Below are positions 19,723 through 27,650 of a DNA stretch of 27,650 bases, in pieces (the stretch's first letter is position 1; the number at the start of each line of letters is the position of its first letter). The position numbers were made by a program, and so were the translations under genes. The notes beneath the pieces are model-generated. The model was not told the DNA's origin. It ran no database searches and was given only the letters and a program-made list of their open reading frames with translations. Source of the DNA: Fastidiosibacter lacustris (GTDB lineage: Bacteria; Pseudomonadota; Gammaproteobacteria; Francisellales; Francisellaceae); the NCBI RefSeq assembly GCF_003428155.1, contig NZ_QLIR01000023.1, positions 1 to 27,650 of the forward strand, read 5' to 3'.

Positions 19723-20769
19723 ATGGATATTCAGGCGCATTGGTACCAAGCAAAAAAAACATTATTGTGCCAGCTGTTAAGACCTTTTTCTTGGTTATTT
19801 CAGCTTGTTAGCATTTTGCGTAAACATAAGATCCAAAGCCTAGCTTATCATAGTAAATTACCAGTGATTGTTGTCGGTAATATTACCGTAGGTGGTACGG
19901 GTAAAACCCCAGTGGTGCAAGCAATTTGTTCTTTTTTGCAGCAACAAGGGATGAATCCCGCTATTGTTACACGTGGTTATGGTGGACATGCAGCTCAATA
20001 TCCACTTTTGATTGACGATACAACACAAGCCAAATCATGTGGCGATGAACCATATATGCTTAAGCGCTTGTTGCCAGATGTGCCAATTGTGGTTGACCCT
20101 AAACGTGTTGAAGCGCTTAAGTTTATTGAAAGCAATTTGGCTCAGGTTGATGTCATTATTAGTGATGATGGTTTACAGCATTATTATTTTGCAAGAGATA
20201 TTGAAATCATCGTTGTTGATGGTAAGCGAACGTTTGGTAATGGCTTATGCTTGCCAGCAGGACCTTTGCGTGAACCAATTAAGCGCTTAGAAACAGCTGA
20301 TATAATTATTTTTAATGGTGGTGTAAGTCACACACTGAAACTAACTCATAAAAAGTTGTATCAGATGCAACTTAAACCTATTTACCTTGTTAATTTGCTC
20401 ACAGCTGAGAAAAAATCTATTTCTCAATTTAAAATAGAGTTTGGTAACAGCTGCCATGCGGTTGCAGGGATTGGCAATCCACAGAGATTTTTTAAGACGA
20501 TACAACAGCTTGGATTGACTGTTGATAGCCATATATTTCCTGATCACTATAGCTATACAAAAAAAGATTTTTTATTTTTACAAAATGAATCTTCAATTGT
20601 TATCATGACCTACAAAGATGCGGTCAAATGTCAGTTATTTGCACATAAGAGTTGGTGGTATCTGGAGATTTTCCCCATGATTGAAGATGAATTTTTTGAA
20701 CAGTTACAATACAAATTATCTCTGCTAGAGAGGGGAAAGGAGGGAGGGAATCACCCTAGCAGAGAATAA
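19723..20769 (+). CDS. lpxK: Tetraacyldisaccharide 4'-kinase
   Basis: P-loop VGNITVGGTGKTP, RGYGG, GDEP, SDDGLQH. Conserved msbA-lpxK pairing. Confidence 0.9.
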   Translation: MDIQAHWYQAKKTLLCQLLRPFSWLFQLVSILRKHKIQSLAYHSKLPVIVVGNITVGGTGKTPVVQAICSFLQQQGMNPAIVTRGYGGHAAQYPLLIDDTTQAKSCGDEPYMLKRLLPDVPIVVDPKRVEALKFIESNLAQVDVIISDDGLQHYYFARDIEIIVVDGKRTFGNGLCLPAGPLREPIKRLETADIIIFNGGVSHTLKLTHKKLYQMQLKPIYLVNLLTAEKKSISQFKIEFGNSCHAVAGIGNPQRFFKTIQQLGLTVDSHIFPDHYSYTKKDFLFLQNESSIVIMTYKDAVKCQLFAHKSWWYLEIFPMIEDEFFEQLQYKLSLLERGKEGGNHPSRE

Positions 20770-20818
20770 TGTTAATCACCCCTTGATTACTCAAGGATTT
20801 ATGCAATGTCCAAACTAT

Positions 20819-20844
20819 AACAGCATCTTTTGATAAATGCTGTT
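20819..20844 (+). terminator. Possible weak intrinsic terminator hairpin downstream of lpxK
   Basis: AACAGCAT (20819-20826), a 10-nt loop, then ATGCTGTT (20837-20844) give an 8-bp perfect stem. The tail (TCAAAG) is not a good U-tract, so this is weak. Confidence 0.25.
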
Positions 20845-21040
20845 TCAAAGCAGTATCTCTTTGTATTAAATCTGATACACTTTTCAATATCTTGATTGCT
20901 TGGGTTTTTCAAGCGTACTAAAACGCAAGCTAAACTTTACTTAATTGCTGATATGCCTATATTTTGATGGGTCTTACGTTTATAATTATTCCCATTTTTG
21001 AAAGTCAAATTTCTAACTTGAAACTGTCTATGGAGGCAAT

Positions 21041-23722
21041 ATGTCTGAAAGATTTCACGATATTGACGTAACAGAAACACAAGAGTGGCTAGAAGCCTTT
21101 GAAGATGTTGTTGCGCGTGAAGGAATAGAGCGCGCAAGCTTTTTAATGAATCGATTATTGGATCACGCTAATCAAATTGGGATTGAGAGTGCTTACGGAC
21201 CTTCACAAAGCATCTTATTTATGAATACGATTAAGGTAGAAGATCAACCAGCCTATCCAGGAAATTTAGAAATCGAGAACAAAATCGAGAATCTCAATCG
21301 CTGGAATGCAGCAGTTATGGTTGCAAAAGCTAATAAAAAAGATGGTTCTTTAGGGGGACATATTGGCTCTGGAGCATCTATTATTACCCTTTATGAAGTG
21401 GGATTTAATCACTTTTTTCATGCACCAAATGAGCAGCAAGCAGGGGATTTAGTATTTTATCAAGGTCATACAACCCCAGTTATATACGCGCGCTCTTATC
21501 TAGAAGGTCGCTTAACCGAGACACAATTAAAAAACTTTCGACAACAAGCATTTAATGATGAGGAAGGTTTGTCATCCTATCCACATCCTTATCTGCAACC
21601 AACTTATTGGCAATTTCCTACTGTTTCTATGGGCTTGGGACCTTTGCAGGCAATCTATCAAGCGCGTTTTATGAAATATCTTGAAGCACGTAAACTGGCA
21701 GATACAAAAAATCGTAAAGTTTGGGCATTTTGTGGTGATGGTGAGATGGATGAACCAGAATCACTAGGTGCAATTAATCGTGCGGTACGTGAAGGCTTGG
21801 ATAATTTGATTTTTGTGATCAATTGTAATTTACAGCGCCTTGATGGTTTGGTAGATGGTAATGGCAAAATCGTTGAGGAGTTTGCACAAATCTTTAAAGG
21901 TGCTGGCTGGAATGTAATTAAAGTGTTATGGGGAAGCAACTGGGAACCACTATTTGCTAAGGACACAAATGGTAAATTGCAACAACGCTTAGCACAAATG
22001 AACGATGGTCAGATGCAGTTTGCAAGTTCTCATGGTGGAGCAGACTTAAGACAAACAATTTTTGGTGGTGATCCTGAGCTTGAAGAAATAGGTAAAGGCT
22101 ACAGTGATGAAGATGTGCAAAACTTAATGCGTGGTGGGCACGATCCAACTAAGGTTTATGCAGCATATCAAAAAGCGGTTAACAATAATACAGGTAAACC
22201 GACTGTTATTTTACCGATGACGATTAAAGGTTATGGTTTAGGTGAGTGGGGCGAGTCAAAAAATATTGCACATAATGTCAAAAAGCTTGACACAGAAGCC
22301 TTAAAATATATTCGAGATCGTTTTAAGGTGCCAGCGACAGATGAGCAAGTTGAGCAAATGGCTTTTTTAAAGTTTGAAGAAGGTTCAAAAGAACATGCGT
22401 ATTTGCATGCACAACGTAAGGCATTAGGTGGTTATGCTCCTGCTCGATTTGAAAATAACACACCGTTGTTAATTCCACATTATCAAGATTTTGCTCAACT
22501 ATTTTTAGAAGCAAGTGGTGATCGTGATTTCTCTACGACAACAGCGTTTGTGCGTATGTTTGTCAACTTGACCCGTCACAAAGACCTAAAAGATCATTTA
22601 GTCCCGATTATGGTGGATGAGTCACGTACCTTTGGGATGGAAGGCTTATTCCGTCAATTGGGTATTTATAATCATCGTGGGCAGCAATATGTGCCAGAAG
22701 ATAAAGCACAAGTAATGTACTATAGAGAGTCTAAAGATGGTCAAATCATTCAAGATGGTATCAATGAAGCAGGTGGTTTTTGTTCATGGTTAGCCGCAGC
22801 TACTTCTTATAGTGTTCATCGTGTTCCGATGATTCCATTTTATATTTATTATTCTATGTTTGGTTTCCAACGTATTGGTGATTTGGCATGGGCGGCAGCT
22901 GATTCTCATGCAAAGGGTTTTTTGTTAGGTGGTACTGCTGGGCGTACTACTTTAAATGGTGAAGGTTTGCAACACGAAGATGGTCATAGCCACATCCAGG
23001 CAGGGTTGATTCCATCTTGCGTTACTTATGATCCAACTTACGCTTATGAGCTTGCTGTTATCCTGTGGAGTGGGATGAAACGCATGTATGTCGAGCAAGA
23101 AGAAGTTTTCTACTACATTACTTTGATGAATGAGAATTATACCCACCGCGCGATGCCAGAGGGGGTAGAGCAAGATATTATCAAAGGCTTGTATTTATTA
23201 AAAGCAGCTGAAAAAGTCAATGGCAACAAACACATTCAGCTCATGGGATCAGGCACGATTTTGCGCGAAGTAGAAGCAGCAGCAAATCTATTGCAACAAG
23301 ACTTTGGTGTTACAAGCGATATTTGGAGTATGACCTCTGCCAATGAGCTTTATCGTGATGGTCGTAAGGTTGCACGTTGGAACTTGTTACATCCGGAACA
23401 CATGCAAAAGCAAACACATATTGAAAAATGCCTTCAAAATCGCAAAGGACCTGTAGTGGTGTCAACGGATTATATTAAGTTATATACCGAGCAGCTTCGT
23501 GAGTTTATGCCAACTAACTACATTACATTAGGAACAGATGGCTTTGGTCGCTCTGATTCACGTGCAAATTTACGTCACTTCTTTGAGGTAGATCGTTATT
23601 ATGTGGTCGTTGCTGCTTTAAGTGGTTTGTTAAGAGAAGGTGCCATTGACAAAAAATTGGTAGTAGAGGCAATTAAGAAATATGGTATTGATCCAGATCG
23701 TGTCGATCCAGCTTATCATTAA
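21041..23722 (+). CDS. aceE: Pyruvate dehydrogenase E1 component (homodimeric type)
   Basis: 893 aa. ThDP-binding motif CGDGEMDEPES...INCNLQRLDG. SD-like GGAGG lies upstream of the ATG. aceF and lpd follow. Confidence 0.97.
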   Translation: MSERFHDIDVTETQEWLEAFEDVVAREGIERASFLMNRLLDHANQIGIESAYGPSQSILFMNTIKVEDQPAYPGNLEIENKIENLNRWNAAVMVAKANKKDGSLGGHIGSGASIITLYEVGFNHFFHAPNEQQAGDLVFYQGHTTPVIYARSYLEGRLTETQLKNFRQQAFNDEEGLSSYPHPYLQPTYWQFPTVSMGLGPLQAIYQARFMKYLEARKLADTKNRKVWAFCGDGEMDEPESLGAINRAVREGLDNLIFVINCNLQRLDGLVDGNGKIVEEFAQIFKGAGWNVIKVLWGSNWEPLFAKDTNGKLQQRLAQMNDGQMQFASSHGGADLRQTIFGGDPELEEIGKGYSDEDVQNLMRGGHDPTKVYAAYQKAVNNNTGKPTVILPMTIKGYGLGEWGESKNIAHNVKKLDTEALKYIRDRFKVPATDEQVEQMAFLKFEEGSKEHAYLHAQRKALGGYAPARFENNTPLLIPHYQDFAQLFLEASGDRDFSTTTAFVRMFVNLTRHKDLKDHLVPIMVDESRTFGMEGLFRQLGIYNHRGQQYVPEDKAQVMYYRESKDGQIIQDGINEAGGFCSWLAAATSYSVHRVPMIPFYIYYSMFGFQRIGDLAWAAADSHAKGFLLGGTAGRTTLNGEGLQHEDGHSHIQAGLIPSCVTYDPTYAYELAVILWSGMKRMYVEQEEVFYYITLMNENYTHRAMPEGVEQDIIKGLYLLKAAEKVNGNKHIQLMGSGTILREVEAAANLLQQDFGVTSDIWSMTSANELYRDGRKVARWNLLHPEHMQKQTHIEKCLQNRKGPVVVSTDYIKLYTEQLREFMPTNYITLGTDGFGRSDSRANLRHFFEVDRYYVVVAALSGLLREGAIDKKLVVEAIKKYGIDPDRVDPAYH

Positions 23723-23748
23723 ATAAATGACGGAAGAAGGAAAAACTC

Positions 23749-25326
23749 ATGGCAATTAAACAAGTCACAGTACCCAATATTGGTGACTATAAAGATGTTG
23801 ACGTGATTGAGGTCAACGTCAAAGTAGGTGATGTCATTCAAGAAGAAGACTCATTGATCACCTTGGAAACAGACAAAGCCTCAATGGAGGTACCTGCACC
23901 TTTTTCTGGTACGGTAAAAGAAGTGAGTGTCAAAGTAGGTGATAAAGTGTCTGAGAGTTCATTAGTTCTTTTGGTTGAAACAGATGCTGTAAATACAAAT
24001 GAAACAGCCTCATCAACCATCCTCACTCAAAGTGCGGTTGAGCAAGGTTCACAACAGCAAATTGCAGCTGCGCAAATGCTTGAGATAAAAGTACCAGATA
24101 TTGGTGATTATAAAGATGTGGATGTCATTGAGGTGAATGTTAAGCCAGGTGATGAAATCAAAGAAGAAGATTCATTGGCTACACTTGAAACCGATAAAGC
24201 CTCAATGGAAATCCCATCACCTTACACAGGCAAAGTCGTTGATGTCAAAATTACAGTCGGTGATAAAGTTTCTAAAGGAGACTTGGTGCTCACTCTTCTT
24301 GTGTCACAAGGTCAAGTTGCAACTGAAAATAAGATATCTAAAGCCGCGCAAGTTGAAGAGGTGGTAAAAAGCCCAGTCGTTGAACAAGCTGCTATTGTAT
24401 CTAAAGTTCCCAATACCAATGCACATGCCTCCCCTGCGGTTCGCAGATTAGCACGTATTTTGGGGATTGATTTATCACGTGTCATTGCGACTGGTAGAAA
24501 AGGACGCATCACGAAAGAAGACTGTGATAACTATATTAAAAAAGCAGTGCAATCCTTACAAACTGGTCAAGTATCCAGTGGGGGCGGTTTAGACTTATTA
24601 CCTGATCCCCAGGTGGATTTTGCAAAATTTGGTGAAATAGAAGTCGAAGCGTTATCACGTATTAATAAACTCAGCGCCAAGAATCTTGCACGCAATTGGG
24701 TTAAAATCCCGCATGTGACCTTTTATGACGATGCAGATATTACTGATTTAGAAGCATTTAGAAATGCAAAAAAAACAGCAGCAGAAAAAGCAGGGGTCAA
24801 AGTTACACCACTTTCGTTTTTAATCAAAGCAGCTGCAACAGCATTACAAGAATACCCACGCTTTAATAGTTCATTATCAAACGATGGCGAAGGCTTGATT
24901 GTGAAGAAATATTATCATATTGGTTTTGCCACTGATACCCCAAAAGGCTTGGTTGTACCTGTGATCAAAAATGCCGATCAGAAAGGTATTTTTGAGATCT
25001 CACGCGAAATCATGGACTTAGTGAAAAAGGGGCGTGAAGGTAAATTAAAACCAGATGATATGCAAGGGGCAACCTTTACCATATCAAGCCTAGGTATACT
25101 TGGTACAACTGCATTTACGCCAATTATTAATATGCCTGAAGTGGCGATTATGGGTGTGTCAAAATCAGCCATAAAACCTGTGTGGAATGGTACAGAGTTT
25201 ATCCCAAGAACCATGTTGCCATTGTCGTTATCGACTGATCATAGAGTAATTGATGGCGCATTAGCAGCTCAGTTTTTAACGCGTTACTGTGCAATTCTGG
25301 CAGATTTAAGAGAAATGCTTTTGTAA
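23749..25326 (+). CDS. aceF: Dihydrolipoyllysine-residue acetyltransferase (PDH E2) with two lipoyl domains
   Basis: Two lipoyl domains (LETDKASMEVP and LETDKASMEIP). E3-binding domain ASPAVRRLARILGIDLSRV. Catalytic motif STDHRVIDGA. Confidence 0.97.
   Translation: MAIKQVTVPNIGDYKDVDVIEVNVKVGDVIQEEDSLITLETDKASMEVPAPFSGTVKEVSVKVGDKVSESSLVLLVETDAVNTNETASSTILTQSAVEQGSQQQIAAAQMLEIKVPDIGDYKDVDVIEVNVKPGDEIKEEDSLATLETDKASMEIPSPYTGKVVDVKITVGDKVSKGDLVLTLLVSQGQVATENKISKAAQVEEVVKSPVVEQAAIVSKVPNTNAHASPAVRRLARILGIDLSRVIATGRKGRITKEDCDNYIKKAVQSLQTGQVSSGGGLDLLPDPQVDFAKFGEIEVEALSRINKLSAKNLARNWVKIPHVTFYDDADITDLEAFRNAKKTAAEKAGVKVTPLSFLIKAAATALQEYPRFNSSLSNDGEGLIVKKYYHIGFATDTPKGLVVPVIKNADQKGIFEISREIMDLVKKGREGKLKPDDMQGATFTISSLGILGTTAFTPIINMPEVAIMGVSKSAIKPVWNGTEFIPRTMLPLSLSTDHRVIDGALAAQFLTRYCAILADLREMLL
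23755..24303 (+). repeat. Intragenic tandem duplication encoding the two lipoyl domains of AceF (about 23755-23979 and 24079-24303)
   Basis: VPNIGDYKDVDVIEVNVKVGD...LETDKASMEVP and VPDIGDYKDVDVIEVNVKPGD...LETDKASMEIP are visibly similar at the DNA level too (attggtgactataaagatgttgacgtgattgaggt vs attggtgattataaagatgtggatgtcattgaggt). Confidence 0.85.
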
Positions 25327-25349
25327 GAAAATAAATTAAGGTAAAAAAG

Positions 25350-26768
25350 ATGAGTGATATAAAAACAGAATTAGTTGTTTTAGGTAGTGGTCCTGGTGGT
25401 TATAGTGCAGCATTTCGTGCAGCAGATTTAGGTAAAAAAGTCGTGCTTGTTGAGCGTTATGATTCGATTGGTGGGGTGTGTTTAAATGTCGGTTGTATTC
25501 CTTCAAAAGCACTTTTGCATGTTGCTAAAGTGATCAATGAAGCGCGTCACCTGGAAAAAGATGGCTTAATCAGCTTTGACAACTTGACTTTCAATAAAGA
25601 TAAAATCTTGGGTTATAAAGACAAGATCGTAAGCCAACTAACAGGTGGCTTAAAAGGGTTAGCTAAGCAACGTAAAGTTGACATTGTGGAAGGCTATGGC
25701 AAGTTCACTTCAAGTAATGAAATTGCTGTTGAAACGAAAGAGGGTGTTAAAACCATCGCTTTTGACAATGCGATTATTGCCGTGGGGTCAAGCTCTATTA
25801 AGTTACCATTTATTCCTGAGGATCCTCGTATTATTGATTCAACGGGTGCACTTCAAATGAAAGAAGTTCCTAAAAAAATGCTCGTCATTGGTGGGGGCAT
25901 TATTGGACTTGAAATGGCACAAGTTTATAGCGAGCTTGGTTCTGAAATCACGGTAGTTGAATTTATGGATCAACTTATGGGAACGGCAGATAAAGATATT
26001 GTGAAGCCTTATGAAAAGATGATGTCTAAACGGTATGACATTCGTTTGAAAACGAAAGTGACCAAGGTCGAAGCAAAAGATGATGGTCTTTATGTGTCAA
26101 TGGAAGGTGACAAACCACGCGAAAATGAGAGGTTTGACCGTATTTTATTAGCAGTTGGACGTACACCAAATGGTAAACTGATCGATGCAGAAAAAGCGGG
26201 TGTTAATGTTGATGAGCGTGGCTTTATTAAAGTTGATAACCAACTTAGAACTAATGTTCCACATATTTTTGCCATTGGTGATGTTGTGGGACAACCGATG
26301 CTTGCGCACAAAGCTGTCCCAGAAGGGCGTATTGCTGCGGAGGTTATAGCAGGTTATAAGCATTATTTTGAGCCAAAATGTATTCCAGCTGTAGCATACA
26401 CTGACCCAGAAGTGGCGTGGGTTGGGGTCACAGAAAAAGAAGCCAATGAAAAAGGAATCAAATACGACAAGGGAGTATTCCCTTGGGCAGCAAGTGGTCG
26501 TTCATTGAGTATTGGTCGAAATGAAGGTTTGACTAAAGTGCTTTATGATGAAAATCACGTCATTATTGGTGCAGGTATTGTTGGACCAAATGCAGGCGAG
26601 TTAATTGCAGAAGCGACCCTAGCCATTGAAATGGGTTGTGATGCGGAAGATATTTCTTTAACCATCCATCCCCATCCAACTTTGTCAGAAACGCTAATGA
26701 TGGCAACAGAGGTATTTGAGGGTAGTGCAACTGACATTTACGCGCCTAAGAAAGAGCGGAAAAATTGA
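25350..26768 (+). CDS. lpd: Dihydrolipoyl dehydrogenase (E3)
   Basis: FAD fold GSGPGGYSAAFRAADLG, redox-active disulfide GGVCLNVGCIPSK, NAD fold GGGIIGLEMA, C-terminal HPHPTLSE. Confidence 0.97.
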   Translation: MSDIKTELVVLGSGPGGYSAAFRAADLGKKVVLVERYDSIGGVCLNVGCIPSKALLHVAKVINEARHLEKDGLISFDNLTFNKDKILGYKDKIVSQLTGGLKGLAKQRKVDIVEGYGKFTSSNEIAVETKEGVKTIAFDNAIIAVGSSSIKLPFIPEDPRIIDSTGALQMKEVPKKMLVIGGGIIGLEMAQVYSELGSEITVVEFMDQLMGTADKDIVKPYEKMMSKRYDIRLKTKVTKVEAKDDGLYVSMEGDKPRENERFDRILLAVGRTPNGKLIDAEKAGVNVDERGFIKVDNQLRTNVPHIFAIGDVVGQPMLAHKAVPEGRIAAEVIAGYKHYFEPKCIPAVAYTDPEVAWVGVTEKEANEKGIKYDKGVFPWAASGRSLSIGRNEGLTKVLYDENHVIIGAGIVGPNAGELIAEATLAIEMGCDAEDISLTIHPHPTLSETLMMATEVFEGSATDIYAPKKERKN

Positions 26769-26781
26769 AATCATAAGACCT

Positions 26782-27018
26782 TTATTGCTTATTTTGTAAA
26801 TCCTGGGCAAGCTTCCTAAGTTCTTCAACAGAATACTCAAACTCGGGACCTTCCTCCATAGCCATCAGCTGGAGTAGTATCTCATCAAGATCAGGAGCCA
26901 ACCCAACTCCATGATCTTGATAAAGCTGGAATGCAACGCGAGCGATTCTTACGACGTCATATCCTTTATCCAGCTCAGCCTGCAACACACTACTTAGTTC
27001 TTTTGCAGTAAACGTCAT
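26782..27018 (-). CDS. Putative immunity protein for the upstream toxin domain (78 aa, acidic, predicted helical)
   Basis: Its ATG overlaps the toxin stop in the ATGA arrangement (..GGG TTA TGA / ATG ACG..). It is small and acidic (EEGPEFEYSVEEL) with no signal peptide, and its composition matches the toxin ORF rather than the neighbouring lpd. The assignment rests on context only. Confidence 0.55.
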   Translation of the reverse strand: MTFTAKELSSVLQAELDKGYDVVRIARVAFQLYQDHGVGLAPDLDEILLQLMAMEEGPEFEYSVEELRKLAQDLQNKQ

Positions 27019-27650
27019 AACCCTAACTCCCTAGTAACTGGAGGATAATGTTGAGAATTAACGGTTTGGCCATTAATTGACTTGGGGTGCACCCTGTTCA
27101 CACTCCCTGCATGATCGTAACTTTCCATCCACTGCCTTACGTTTCCATTTTGGGGGTTATGCTCGGTAACAAAAGAAGCACCTCGAGTTGGACCTTCCGT
27201 TCTAGCAGGAACTTCCTGGGTGTAATAACGAACGCGCCCATCTGGTAATTGCCGTGTAGTAGCTGCATTTTGCTGTGCTTTCTCTAGTCCAGATAATTTC
27301 GCTCTAAGAGCTGATTGCGCGTTTACGTTTTCAGCACCACTACTTACCTTCCTCGCAACCGTCCCACTTTCCTTAATCACCCTTGGCAATGCCACCTTTG
27401 CCATTGCCTTGCCACCTCTGACGGTGGCACTTAACCCCGCTTTCGGTATTCCCCCTAGCACATTCGCTGCAATTAAACCTGCATAATGCGCTAACTTATG
27501 CTTGTCATCGTAACTAAAGTCCATTAATCCAAAACTTATTTCATTGACAAAACCCCCACCAAACGCTGTCACTGTGCCATAACAATACGATAAAAACTGC
27601 CAGCCAAAATGTCGCGCCAATGCCCCCAGCGGATCTGCCTGGTATTCACG
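27015..27650 (-). CDS. C-terminal toxin region of a polymorphic toxin (Rhs-like or related), 5'-truncated by the window edge
   Basis: The reading frame stays open to nt 27650 (upstream residues REYQADPLGAL precede the TTG the track calls as the start). DPLGAL resembles the DPxGL demarcation motif at the end of Rhs cores. A Gly-rich hydrophobic segment comes next, then a hydrophilic terminal domain (LPDGRVRYYTQEVPARTEGPTRGASFVTEHNPQNGNVRQWMESYDHAGSVNRVHPK). A coupled small ORF follows and G+C is higher. Confidence 0.65.
   Translation of the reverse strand, partial: REYQADPLGALARHFGWQFLSYCYGTVTAFGGGFVNEISFGLMDFSYDDKHKLAHYAGLIAANVLGGIPKAGLSATVRGGKAMAKVALPRVIKESGTVARKVSSGAENVNAQSALRAKLSGLEKAQQNAATTRQLPDGRVRYYTQEVPARTEGPTRGASFVTEHNPQNGNVRQWMESYDHAGSVNRVHPKSINGQTVNSQHYPPVTRELGL

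Noticed and set aside
19336-20547. ORFs 19336-19557 (-), 20012-20290 (+, alternative frame) and 20341-20547 (-) within msbA and lpxK
   Set aside because: They overlap well-supported genes and are spurious.
20937-21137. 66-aa minus-strand ORF spanning the aceE start region
   Set aside because: It overlaps the aceE start and RBS in antisense and has no motifs. The region is better explained as the aceE promoter/5' UTR.
21658-23173. Several 63-102-aa minus-strand ORFs inside aceE
   Set aside because: They are shadow ORFs antisense to a 893-aa gene with a ThDP motif.
23755-24303. Two ~225-bp DNA segments with high mutual similarity, which at first looked like a tandem repeat or mobile repeat
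   Set aside because: They encode the two lipoyl domains of AceF, a normal intragenic domain duplication. They are not a CRISPR, REP or IS-related repeat.
23838-26737. Assorted 60-78-aa ORFs on either strand inside aceF and lpd
   Set aside because: All are nested in strongly supported PDH genes and have no independent evidence.
1-27650. Search by eye for CRISPR arrays, IS elements/transposases, integrases, tRNA genes, phage genes and classical defence genes (restriction-modification, Cas, abortive infection ATPases)
   Set aside because: I saw no short regularly spaced direct repeats, no transposase- or integrase-like translations in the ORF track, and no cloverleaf-like sequence in the intergenic gaps. 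Apart from the two edge loci, the window is ordinary core genome.
580-27650. The idea that the left-edge YD-repeat N-terminal fragment and the right-edge toxin C-terminus are two halves of one disrupted Rhs gene
   Set aside because: They lie 26 kb apart with intact housekeeping operons between them and differ clearly in base composition (AT-rich vs ~49% G+C). Nothing in the window supports a rearrangement linking them.

Overview
The window is a ~27.6 kb chromosomal segment from an AT-rich Gram-negative bacterium. Gene order (msbA-lpxK, leuS-lptE, aceE-aceF-lpd, mlaA) and a monomeric isocitrate dehydrogenase point to Gammaproteobacteria, possibly a Francisella/Thiotrichales- or Legionellales-like lineage; this is inference only. 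It starts at the 3' end of an rRNA operon (complete 5S rRNA) and ends inside a polymorphic-toxin gene. Both are typical assembly break points, so the window may be a whole contig. About 90% is housekeeping: emrB-family MFS pump, mlaA, maf, an FNR-type reductase, gpsA, monomeric IDH, lptE, leuS, putA, cca, msbA, lpxK and the pyruvate dehydrogenase operon. I found no CRISPR array, IS/transposase, integrase or tRNA. Three loci deserve a second look. (1) At the right edge, a G+C-richer toxin C-terminal domain of unrecognised family is translationally coupled to a small acidic immunity-like ORF, and the module sits 13 bp from the lpd stop. (2) An SdhE (FAD assembly factor) module is fused in frame to PutA, and the junction still looks like a former intergenic region. 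(3) At the left edge, a short secreted YD-repeat (RHS-family) fragment overlaps a 158-aa ORF of unknown function that abuts the 5S gene. Lesser oddities are a chromosomal KfrA_N-like coiled-coil DNA-binding protein and a Cca lacking HD-domain motifs. All functional calls come from reading motifs in the supplied translations; no searches were run.
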